This document shows, piece after piece, positions 39,062 to 48,158 of a stretch of 64,000 bases of DNA. Below the pieces are notes generated by a model. It saw nothing but the letters and a program-made list of their open reading frames with translations, had not been told where the DNA came from and did not search any database. The stretch spans positions 186,001 through 250,000 of the IMG/VR virus record IMGVR_UViG_3300044640_001495. One strand, 5' to 3'. Made by a program: the position numbers and the translations under genes. Every line of letters begins with the position of its first letter. Position 1 is the stretch's first letter.

Positions 39062-40657
39062 ATGTCAGAACCGTTTGTAGCACAACTTGGTAGAATCAGC
39101 GGCAAGCTGCTGTCAGACAACCTTGTTAGAAACGGCACGCCTCTAACTTTTAGAAACGGTCCAGTAGATGCCGATCTGTTATATCTAGATGTCAACAATG
39201 CAAGAATTGGTATCAATACCAATCCTCCTACAGAAGCCTTAGATATCACTGGATCGTCTAGAATTGGCACAAATGTGCTGGTAACTGGTACTGCTGCAAC
39301 CATAGACAACATAATTTTAAATACTTCCGGTACTGTGACGTCCACTGTGGGTCCTATTATTATTTCACCTACTGGGGCGGATGCTTATGTTCAATATGGA
39401 AAAGTGTTAACTCCTGAATTTGAAATTAAAGATAATCGAATTAGAGGATTAGATACTAATTCAGATATCACATTAGATACCAGTGGTACAGGCAAGGTTG
39501 ATATTTTAGCCAGCACAGATATTGCCGGCAACCTAGCAGTTACTGGAAATATACAATCAACTGGCAATGTTAGATTAGATGGTCAATTTATCATAGGTGA
39601 TAGTCCTTTAGATACAATTGCTATTGCTCCTGATTTTACACAAAGTATTTTGCCTGGACTAACAGATACCTACGATTTAGGTACAGCAGTTAAGAGATGG
39701 AGAGACCTTCACCTCTATGATATGAACGGTGCTGATGCAGTTACCACACAAAATTTATTCATTAGCGAACAAGTACAATTTAGTAACACTAATACTATTT
39801 CAACACTGCAAAGCAACGATAATTTAATTGTGTCTTCTGCTAGCGGTGTTGTTAGAATAGATGATATTTCTATAACAAAAACGTCAACAATTGGCCTATC
39901 AAGAAAAAAATATGCAGGAGATGCTGATCTAGATTCACAGTGGTTTGCTGGAAAAACTCCAGTTGAAACAACGGTTCTTACAGCAGGCATTATCCAAGGT
40001 GTCGACAATTTTACAAGTCCTGGTAGCTTAACTCCTTTTAGTTTTTTGTATACTGGATTCTTTCTAGCACCAACTACTGCCACATATACATTCACAATAT
40101 TTGCCGACGAGAAAGCATACATTTGGTTGGGCAACTATGCCACAGCAGGATATACAAATGCAAATGCCAATGCCTACAGTGATTACTTTACTTCGCATAC
40201 TGGCACTTTTTCTGTTCCGCTAACAGCAGGACAATTTTATCCAATAAGGCTGCAATGGTCAAATTTAGGCGGTCCTGGAGATCTTACAACGTTCACGTGG
40301 GCAAATGATGCAGGCCAAGCAACCACAGCAGATTTTACAGGTAGAGTTTTCACAGAACCATCAGCCGCAGGTGTTCAAGCCAACACAATTACCAACCTAA
40401 CAAATGGTGCGCTTACTCTAAGTCATACAGGTCAAGGCTATCTAACCATCAACGATACCAATGCTTTTAGAATTCCATTCGGAACCACTGCTGAACGCAC
40501 TGCCTATGAAGTTGGTGCAACTCGTTGGAACAGCGAAATAGGCTATATGGAATGTTTCGACGGCGGAGTTTGGCAAGTGGCTACTGGTGGTGGTATTGTT
40601 ATTACTGCACCTATCATGGAAGAACTTGGCCACGTTTACACTCTCATCTTCGGCTAA
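39062..40657 (+). CDS. Fibre protein with an inserted PA14-like carbohydrate-binding domain
   Basis: Paralogous to 40792 (GRISG.LL..NL.R.G, LLYLDV.N.RIGINT); FSFLYTGFFLAPTTATYTF.IFADE.AYIWLG...LTAGQFYPIRLQW. Confidence 0.75.
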   Translation: MSEPFVAQLGRISGKLLSDNLVRNGTPLTFRNGPVDADLLYLDVNNARIGINTNPPTEALDITGSSRIGTNVLVTGTAATIDNIILNTSGTVTSTVGPIIISPTGADAYVQYGKVLTPEFEIKDNRIRGLDTNSDITLDTSGTGKVDILASTDIAGNLAVTGNIQSTGNVRLDGQFIIGDSPLDTIAIAPDFTQSILPGLTDTYDLGTAVKRWRDLHLYDMNGADAVTTQNLFISEQVQFSNTNTISTLQSNDNLIVSSASGVVRIDDISITKTSTIGLSRKKYAGDADLDSQWFAGKTPVETTVLTAGIIQGVDNFTSPGSLTPFSFLYTGFFLAPTTATYTFTIFADEKAYIWLGNYATAGYTNANANAYSDYFTSHTGTFSVPLTAGQFYPIRLQWSNLGGPGDLTTFTWANDAGQATTADFTGRVFTEPSAAGVQANTITNLTNGALTLSHTGQGYLTINDTNAFRIPFGTTAERTAYEVGATRWNSEIGYMECFDGGVWQVATGGGIVITAPIMEELGHVYTLIFG

Positions 40658-40671
40658 TTAGCCAATTGAAC

Positions 40672-40791
40672 TAAATACTTGTAATTGCAGCTAACGACCA
40701 ATTTGCTGCAGGATTCGACTGTGGTAAACCAGCAGAGAGCGCAAGCTGAAAATTTGGTTATCGGTGAAACACCGGGTATATAGGAGAGCAC
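40672..40791 (+). promoter_or_regulatory. Late promoter plus a structured leader of about 110 nt (candidate cis-regulatory RNA)
   Basis: TAAATA 40672-40677; helices 40686-40691/40705-40710, 40727-40732/40754-40759, AGC-GCAA-GCT 40738-40747 and 40761-40775 just before the AGGAG SD. Confidence 0.55.
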
Positions 40792-41844
40792 ATGGCTATT
40801 GGTCGTATTTCCGGTCCGCTCTTAAAGTCAAACTTGATTCGTGACGGAGTCAATTTGGCCTTTGAGACGAACCTTCTTTATCTTGATGTTGTTAACTCTC
40901 GCATCGGTATCAACACGGCTGCTCCTCAATACCAATTAGACGTAGTCGGCACAGCCCGTACTACAGATCTCGAAGTTCTAAATCAACTAGACATTGGAAA
41001 TTTTACCATCACGGGTAACACTATTTCTAGTGATCTACCAACCATAAGTTTTGTTGCATCTGGTGGTGAAGCTACAGCCTATCATTCTAGACTGGTAGTC
41101 AACGACATAGAACTCAGCGGCAACAAGATTTCTACCACAGCATCCAATGCCAATCTAGAATTAGATCCTAGCGGCACAGGCAAGGTAGATATACAAAGTG
41201 CTACAGACATTACGGGTAATCTACTGGTAAACGGTAACATCACTGCAACTGGTGATATTACCATAGGTGGTAATCTTACTATTGGTGATGCATTAACTGA
41301 TACCATCACTATCAACGCCAGCATACGCAGCAGCCTAATCCCAGAAACAGATAACACATATGACCTAGGCTCATCGTCATACAAGTGGAGAGCAATTTAT
41401 ACACAGGGTATTTTTGCCACAAATTTAAGTCTAAGCACTTTCGATATCGGTAACATACATTTAGAAAATAATGCTATTACCACAACTGGTGGTACAGACC
41501 TTGTAATAGATCCTAGCGGAACCGGCAATTTAGTAATTGGTGATTTCCACATTAGAGGTAACTCAATTACCAATGTGGCAAACAATAGTATTACAGAACT
41601 ATCGCAACAGGGTAGTGGTTATTTTAAAATTGCAGGTACAAATGCTTTTGTTGTACCGCGTGGTACAACAGGCGAGCGTCCAACTGCTTATGCTGTTGAA
41701 GGCATGACTCGTTATAACACTGATGCAAAAGCATTGGAAATTTGGGACGGCCTACAGTGGTCTAGTCCTGCAGGTACAATTGGTGCTGTATCAGAAAGTA
41801 CAGCCAACGACATTGCAATTAGATTTGCATTGACACTAGGATAA
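40792..41844 (+). CDS. Fibre protein, paralogue of 39062
   Basis: Repeated L.LDPSGTG.V motifs, DNTYDLGSSSYKW, GTTGERP...GMTRYNT; C-terminal IAIRFALTLG. Confidence 0.75.
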   Translation: MAIGRISGPLLKSNLIRDGVNLAFETNLLYLDVVNSRIGINTAAPQYQLDVVGTARTTDLEVLNQLDIGNFTITGNTISSDLPTISFVASGGEATAYHSRLVVNDIELSGNKISTTASNANLELDPSGTGKVDIQSATDITGNLLVNGNITATGDITIGGNLTIGDALTDTITINASIRSSLIPETDNTYDLGSSSYKWRAIYTQGIFATNLSLSTFDIGNIHLENNAITTTGGTDLVIDPSGTGNLVIGDFHIRGNSITNVANNSITELSQQGSGYFKIAGTNAFVVPRGTTGERPTAYAVEGMTRYNTDAKALEIWDGLQWSSPAGTIGAVSESTANDIAIRFALTLG

Positions 41845-41848
41845 CACA

Positions 41849-42181
41849 ATGCCAACCACATTCAAACACGCAGTCAACTCAGGCATAGGAACAACACCAG
41901 TAGATGTGTTGCAGATTCCTGTGGGATTTAGAGCAACAGTAATCGGATGCAATATTGCAAACTCAACAGAATACGACACAGTCAGCGTTGATGTCTATGT
42001 AGTCAGTGATGATAGCACTCCGGCATATTATGTTAGGGGTTTAGCAATACCGCCAAACTCAGCAGTAAAAATTATTACCAATGGTGAAAAATTAATTTTA
42101 CCAGAAACATCAGGATTGAGAATTGTCAGCGATACCGCAAACGGTGTTGACACAGTGATCAGTTATGTGGAATTATCTTAA
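41849..42181 (+). CDS. Small beta-sandwich virion protein (adaptor paralogue 2)
   Basis: MPTTFK..ATVIGCNIAN..YYVRGLAIPPNS...GEKLIL. Confidence 0.65.
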   Translation: MPTTFKHAVNSGIGTTPVDVLQIPVGFRATVIGCNIANSTEYDTVSVDVYVVSDDSTPAYYVRGLAIPPNSAVKIITNGEKLILPETSGLRIVSDTANGVDTVISYVELS

Positions 42182-42191
42182 GGACTAAATT

Positions 42192-42560
42192 ATGGCAAAC
42201 AACTATTATCTAGGTAATGATCCGCAAACTGCACTGGGAGCTACTCCAAGATTTTTTTACGGACTGAGAAAAAATGAAAACGGCAGCTTGTTCCTAGAGC
42301 GCAGTGATCAAACCAAGGGCAATGATTCAATTCAACTAAACAGTCCTGGACTAGAAGAAGAAAACTACACAGATTTTGAAGTAGGAGTTGATTTTTTTGA
42401 AGGCATTGATGTCAATCACAATCCAGTCTATGATAATTTAAGATATCAGCAATATAGATGGGATGATAGAGCATTGTTCTATTTTATCAACGACGAAGGT
42501 GAATTGGTAGTAAGAATAGGCAGCGGTCACACCTACGACAACGGCGCATCAGAGGGTTAA
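42192..42560 (+). CDS. Hypothetical virion protein
   Basis: 122 aa ORF with an AGGA SD in the structural operon. Confidence 0.65.
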   Translation: MANNYYLGNDPQTALGATPRFFYGLRKNENGSLFLERSDQTKGNDSIQLNSPGLEEENYTDFEVGVDFFEGIDVNHNPVYDNLRYQQYRWDDRALFYFINDEGELVVRIGSGHTYDNGASEG

Positions 42561-42568
42561 TGTAAATC

Positions 42569-45500
42569 ATGGCAGAATTCAAACTTAGTAGATTCAAATA
42601 TACATGGCACGGAGAATGGACTCCGGGTGCTAGATACAATCCCGACTATGTGGTCAGCTACGGCGGCAAAGTATATGTCAGCTTAGAAACACATAATTCC
42701 AACACCAACTTCTATGCTGATCTAGACTACTACAACAACGACAGTCCACCCCTGTTGGTTCCTAAATGGGAATTAATAGCAGACGGAGTTAGCTGGCTGG
42801 GAGATTGGACCAACAGCACATACTTCAAACGAGGTGACACGGTCAAATACGGCGGAGTGGTATATCTCTGTGTAACAGGGCATACTTCAAGTCCAGCCAT
42901 TATATACGATGCCGAGGGAAATGTAGTATCTTCTCCAGGTTTAGCAGCCTTTGCTAGCGATACTGTAAACTGGACAGTGCAGGTTAGTTCACAAGACTGG
43001 AAAATCGATTGGGCTGTCAATACCTACTACAAGATCAATGATGTTGTGAGATATGGAGGTATTGTATACCGTTGCGTAGACTCACACCTGTCAGCAGCTG
43101 ACCTTGCTGGAGGACTTGAGGGTAGTCAAGCACAGTGGGCGGTGGTATCACTGTCAGACGATTGGCGCGGCGACTGGACCATAGACACACGATTCAAGGT
43201 CAATGACGTTGTAAAATACGGCGGCAATGTCTATAAATGTCAGTTAGCACATACATCTGCATCTAATGCTGCTGACGGGCTACCGGCCGATCAAGCTAAG
43301 TGGGCGTCATTGCATGTTGGAGTGGAATACAAAGGTTCCTGGACCGCATCACAAATATACAAGTTAAATGATGTGGTAAAATATGGATCATATCTATATG
43401 TGGCCACAGTCTTTCACACAAGCGGATTAGATTTTGATTCTATACATTGGAGCGTGTATTGTCCAGGACAAGAATATGATGTTGTATGGACAACAACCAC
43501 AGTATACCAAGCAGGCGATATTGTCAGCTACGGTGGAAATCTTTATGCAGCCATAGAGGCAAACACTAATCAAAATCCAGCTGTCATACTGTCAGCTTGG
43601 GAATTGCTATTTGAGAATTCAAGAATTAGAGGCGATTGGACACAGATTGAATCTTATAAAATTGGAGATGTTGTCAGAAGAGGCGGGAATGTCTATCTTG
43701 CACATCAAGACAGCGTAAATCAAGATCCCGATTTTTTAAATGATGACAGTACCACCAATGAGGACTATTGGGATCTAGTGATTCCCGGTGTAAGATGGCG
43801 AGGTGTTTGGAGCCAAGATCAAATTTATCTTGCAGGCGACACCGTGGTATGGGTGGCCAGTTCATATCGTTGCCTGGACAAACACCTATCAAGCCAAACT
43901 AATAGACCAGATGATGACGGTGAAGTGGGTTCTACTCTAGAAGGTAGATATTGGGCAAAAATTACCGACGGCAACAAGATCAACCGCATGAAAAACATAG
44001 GTGATCTAAGAACATTTGGCCCCACAGATGACGGCAGCACAGTGGGCTACAAGGCTTTAGAAATTGGCACACAGGGATTGACTTTGGGTGTAATTAACGG
44101 TGAACCTCAGTGGGATCCTTTGGCCAGCACAGAAAAAGTATACTATGTGGCAGAATTCGGCGAGGATCTACCAACTGCCGGCACTAGCCCTCAAAATCCA
44201 TGGCGTACAGTGAGATATGCCTGTGAGAATATCACAGGCTATGCTACAGTATTTGTTAGAACCGGAGTATTTGATGAGATACTTCCGATTCGAGTTCCTG
44301 CATTTGTGGCCATAGTAGGAGATGAACTTCGCAGTACTGTGATTCAACCTGCCAACACAGTGCTGACCAATGACTACATATTGAGAATACTGGCTGCTGC
44401 AGATTATGTCAAGACCATGTTGAATTGGATTATTAGAGAATTACCTGTAGGCGATCCAGTGTTGGCTATCGGGTCTGTTGTACGCGGCACTATTGCGCAG
44501 GATTTTTCAGGCACACCTGCCACATCCAACGAAGTGTTGATCACAACTTCATTGTTGGATCAATTTGAAACAAGACTAGAAACAAGTAATCCGGCCAGCA
44601 TCAATGGTACCAACGCTATTACGGCAGATGCGGCACGACTTGCGGCTAGAGCACAGATAGTAGCCAACAAAAATTTTATAAAAAATGAAACTACATTATA
44701 TATTGATGCAGAATTTGATGATTCAACAGGAGCATTGGGCACTGAATCTCCAAGATGGAGCACAGATCTAGACAGGATATTAGATGCGGTGATCTATGAC
44801 ATAGCCTATGTTGGCAATTATAAAACCATAGAAGCTGCTAATTATTTTTTATGTGCCAGCGACTATGATGTCAACAAAGTTCAAAACATGTTCTTGATGC
44901 GTGATGGAACAGGACTAAGAAACTGCACACTAAGAGGTCTTAGTGGAACACTTGGTGCACAAAGCATACTTGGTACTCGCAGACCAACTGCCGGAGCATA
45001 TGTTTCATTGGATCCAGGTTGGGGAGTAGCAGACTCTACAGCTTGGGTAGGAACAAAATCACCGTATGTACAAAACGTATCAACATTTGGCACAGGCTGT
45101 ATTGGCTTTAAAATTGACGGCGACCTACATGCCGGCGGCAATCAAACCATGGTTGCCAACGACTTCACCCAGATTCTTTCGGACGGTATAGGAGTATGGT
45201 GTAACGGAACAGGTAAGTCAGAGTGTGTGTCAATTTTCACATACTACAATCACATAGGCTATCTCTGTACCACTGGCGGAAAAATTAGAGGAACCAACGG
45301 CAACTGTTCATACGGAACATTTGGCGCAGTATCTGAAGGATTTGATTTGGCAGAAAGTCCAATCGAAGCCACAGTAAACAATCGATACTATGAAGCCTCT
45401 ACCTATCAGACCTTGGTGGACAACAATGGCGGATTAATGAAATTGTTTTATTCACATGCTGGAAATGAATATACCACAGCTACTGCATCAATTCTAGCAG

Positions 45501-48106
45501 CCGGCACGGGAGGTGAATTTGCATTTGACGATATCAGAGATGGAGCTGTATCAGAAATTAGAATTACCAATCTTGGTGACAGCTCAGCAGAAGGAGGCAG
45601 CAGTTATTTGTTTGCTACTAATACTGCTCAAAGTGGCACAAACAGAATTATTGTGCTTGCAGGATCTGATGTTAATCTACGTACATCATATCTAGGTGTA
45701 CGCATAGTTATTAGTTCTGGAACAGGCGTAGGGCAGTATGGTTATATAGCGGAATATGAATATGCTAGCAAAACAGTAACGGTTGGCCTAGAAAGACAGC
45801 CACAGGTGTCTGCCACACAGACATTTAGTATTGGCAATCTAATACAGTTGACCAGTGCTAGTCACCTATCACTGGGCGATCCGATTGTCTTCGTAGGCAC
45901 TAAGTATGGAAACATTGTGGACTACACAACATACTATGTTAAAACCATTGATACTGCCACAAATAGAATCACAATTAGTGCATTGGCAGATATCAGCACC
46001 ACATTTGGTTTGGTCAACGGGGTGCCAACTGGGGGCAACGACGCTATGGTTGTGCATTGTGTGGGTTGGCAGCATTTTGTAGAAGGCACTCCTATACTGG
46101 CATTGCTTGATACTTCTACTAACTATTTCATAGAACCGAGACTCACATTCAGCAGTCCAGGATTTTCTACTTCTAGCTCAACCTTGCCCGCTAACAGACA
46201 ATGGACCAGTATAGCTTCCAATGCCAACAGATATGTTGCAGTAGCTCTGGACACTGCCGCAACTGCCTACTCGGCCAACGGCACAACATGGCTTGCAGGA
46301 GCTCTTCCTACTAGTGCGTTGTGGACCAAGATCAAATATGTTGGCGGAGTGTTCATGGCCTTTGCATCTGGCGGCCAAGCAGCTAGAAGCACTGATGGTA
46401 TTTCATGGTCGGCAATGACAATGTCATCCACTGCAGAATGGCGAGATGTGGCCTATGGGGTTATAGGCTCCGTGGGCACATGGTTGGCCGTGGCTGGCGG
46501 TAGCAACAAAGCTGCTAAGTCAACTGACGGCATTAACTGGTCAGCCTTTAATCTTCCAGAGGGAGCAGATTGGAATGCAGTAGTTTATGGCAAAGGCAAA
46601 TTTGTTACCACTGCTGCCAGTGACTCCAGCGTAACCGGTGCTGCATTTGCCTATACCAATGCCGCAGCTACCGCTTGGACACAGGGTACGATTCCACAAG
46701 GCAGTTATTCATTGGCCTATGGAAATAATAGATTTGTAGCACTATCCGGAGGATATGCTGGAGCCACTGAAGTATCAGTGAGTTTTGACGGTATAACCTG
46801 GACAGAAGGAACCATACAAGCACAAGATTGGCGTGCAATTACCTATGCTCAAGGAGTATTCTTAGCAGTGGCCACAGGCACAGCGGTGGCTGCCACATCC
46901 ATAGACGGTAAAATTTGGGAATATCAAACACTAGGTGCTTCAGGTCCTTGGTGCGCCATAGGATTCAGTAACATTACCAAGCCAGGCAAATTTATAGTAA
47001 TAGGCGGCCTTACAGAAAATTCAGTAGCCGGTAGATTGATCAGCACAGGAAAAACTGCACAAGGCCGAGCACAAGTGGTAGCTGGTAGAATTTCATCCCT
47101 GTATCTTTTCGAACCTGGCAGCGGGTATACATCAGCCCCTGCATTGGTTTTCACAGATCCCAACAACAGCGCAGAAGTTTCCACAGCAGTGAGAATTTCA
47201 AACGGAGTTCTAGGGCCGCCCACCATTGTAACCGCTGGTACAGCCTATGAAACGTTGACTACTACCACAACTATCACAGGCGACGGCTACAGAGATCAAT
47301 ATCAAACAGGCAGTTCATTGGTTATAGATGGATTAGATCGACTGCCAGGTCCTGGTGACAACGTCACTATTCTTGGCATCAACGATTACACATACAAATT
47401 ATTGACCACAGAGATACTGGCTGGCGCCTTTCCTAACGCCACAGCCAGATTGACCATAGCCAAAGATCTTGGAAGAGAAGAATCTCCTGACCACGGTACT
47501 GGAATTGAAATACGACAAAAGTACAGTCAGGTACGACTAACTGGACATGACTTCTTGGATGTGGGATTAGGTAATTTTGAGCAGACCAATTATCCAAATA
47601 CACTGTTTCCAAATGGCACAGTACTAGCGCCGCAAGATGAAATTAGAGAAAGTGATGGTGGTCGGGTGTTCTATACATCAACTGATCAAGACGGTAACTT
47701 CCGAGTTGGTGAATTATTTGCGGTTGAACAAGCTACAGGTACAGTAACTCTAAATGCCCAGTTTTTTGCATTATCTGGTCTTGAAGAATTGCGACTAGGT
47801 GGAGTTACTGTAGGTGGATCTGGTGTGGTAATCCGTGAGTTTTCAACAGACAATACATTTACTGCTGACTCCAACAACATCATTCCTACACAAAAAGCCA
47901 TCAAGGCCTATCTACAAGGTAGAGTATCTGGTGGTGGCGCAGATGCGGTAACTAGCCAATTAACAGCAGGTGTTATAGTGATTGGTCCAGACTCATTGTC
48001 AACAACTACAGGCGAAGAAATAATTTTTAATGCAAAAGTGAATATAAATGCCGGATTCGAAGGTTCGTATCTGGCACAGTTTTTGTTTTTATCAAGCGGG
48101 GCATAA
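42569..48106 (+). CDS. Giant tail fibre/appendage protein A (1845 aa)
   Basis: About 8 N-terminal W.G.W....YK.NDVVKYGG.VY.C...H.S repeats (CBM5/12-like), a beta-helix region (KSPYVQNVSTFG..NDFTQILSDGIG) and Asp-box-like S.DG..W propeller repeats. Confidence 0.8.
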   Translation: MAEFKLSRFKYTWHGEWTPGARYNPDYVVSYGGKVYVSLETHNSNTNFYADLDYYNNDSPPLLVPKWELIADGVSWLGDWTNSTYFKRGDTVKYGGVVYLCVTGHTSSPAIIYDAEGNVVSSPGLAAFASDTVNWTVQVSSQDWKIDWAVNTYYKINDVVRYGGIVYRCVDSHLSAADLAGGLEGSQAQWAVVSLSDDWRGDWTIDTRFKVNDVVKYGGNVYKCQLAHTSASNAADGLPADQAKWASLHVGVEYKGSWTASQIYKLNDVVKYGSYLYVATVFHTSGLDFDSIHWSVYCPGQEYDVVWTTTTVYQAGDIVSYGGNLYAAIEANTNQNPAVILSAWELLFENSRIRGDWTQIESYKIGDVVRRGGNVYLAHQDSVNQDPDFLNDDSTTNEDYWDLVIPGVRWRGVWSQDQIYLAGDTVVWVASSYRCLDKHLSSQTNRPDDDGEVGSTLEGRYWAKITDGNKINRMKNIGDLRTFGPTDDGSTVGYKALEIGTQGLTLGVINGEPQWDPLASTEKVYYVAEFGEDLPTAGTSPQNPWRTVRYACENITGYATVFVRTGVFDEILPIRVPAFVAIVGDELRSTVIQPANTVLTNDYILRILAAADYVKTMLNWIIRELPVGDPVLAIGSVVRGTIAQDFSGTPATSNEVLITTSLLDQFETRLETSNPASINGTNAITADAARLAARAQIVANKNFIKNETTLYIDAEFDDSTGALGTESPRWSTDLDRILDAVIYDIAYVGNYKTIEAANYFLCASDYDVNKVQNMFLMRDGTGLRNCTLRGLSGTLGAQSILGTRRPTAGAYVSLDPGWGVADSTAWVGTKSPYVQNVSTFGTGCIGFKIDGDLHAGGNQTMVANDFTQILSDGIGVWCNGTGKSECVSIFTYYNHIGYLCTTGGKIRGTNGNCSYGTFGAVSEGFDLAESPIEATVNNRYYEASTYQTLVDNNGGLMKLFYSHAGNEYTTATASILAAGTGGEFAFDDIRDGAVSEIRITNLGDSSAEGGSSYLFATNTAQSGTNRIIVLAGSDVNLRTSYLGVRIVISSGTGVGQYGYIAEYEYASKTVTVGLERQPQVSATQTFSIGNLIQLTSASHLSLGDPIVFVGTKYGNIVDYTTYYVKTIDTATNRITISALADISTTFGLVNGVPTGGNDAMVVHCVGWQHFVEGTPILALLDTSTNYFIEPRLTFSSPGFSTSSSTLPANRQWTSIASNANRYVAVALDTAATAYSANGTTWLAGALPTSALWTKIKYVGGVFMAFASGGQAARSTDGISWSAMTMSSTAEWRDVAYGVIGSVGTWLAVAGGSNKAAKSTDGINWSAFNLPEGADWNAVVYGKGKFVTTAASDSSVTGAAFAYTNAAATAWTQGTIPQGSYSLAYGNNRFVALSGGYAGATEVSVSFDGITWTEGTIQAQDWRAITYAQGVFLAVATGTAVAATSIDGKIWEYQTLGASGPWCAIGFSNITKPGKFIVIGGLTENSVAGRLISTGKTAQGRAQVVAGRISSLYLFEPGSGYTSAPALVFTDPNNSAEVSTAVRISNGVLGPPTIVTAGTAYETLTTTTTITGDGYRDQYQTGSSLVIDGLDRLPGPGDNVTILGINDYTYKLLTTEILAGAFPNATARLTIAKDLGREESPDHGTGIEIRQKYSQVRLTGHDFLDVGLGNFEQTNYPNTLFPNGTVLAPQDEIRESDGGRVFYTSTDQDGNFRVGELFAVEQATGTVTLNAQFFALSGLEELRLGGVTVGGSGVVIREFSTDNTFTADSNNIIPTQKAIKAYLQGRVSGGGADAVTSQLTAGVIVIGPDSLSTTTGEEIIFNAKVNINAGFEGSYLAQFLFLSSGA

Positions 48107-48126
48107 TACCACTTGTGGGATTTGAA

Positions 48127-48132
48127 TAAATA
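48127..48132 (+). promoter_or_regulatory. Late promoter core TAAATA
   Basis: In the gap between the giant fibre genes; GGAG SD downstream. Confidence 0.55.
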
Positions 48133-48158
48133 TAATATGCAAGAAAATGGAGCTATAA

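Noticed and set aside
40705-40730. GGATTCGAC resembling the tmRNA 5' motif
   Set aside because: No GGGG 5' acceptor strand, no 3' T-arm or CCA, and the gap is only 134 nt
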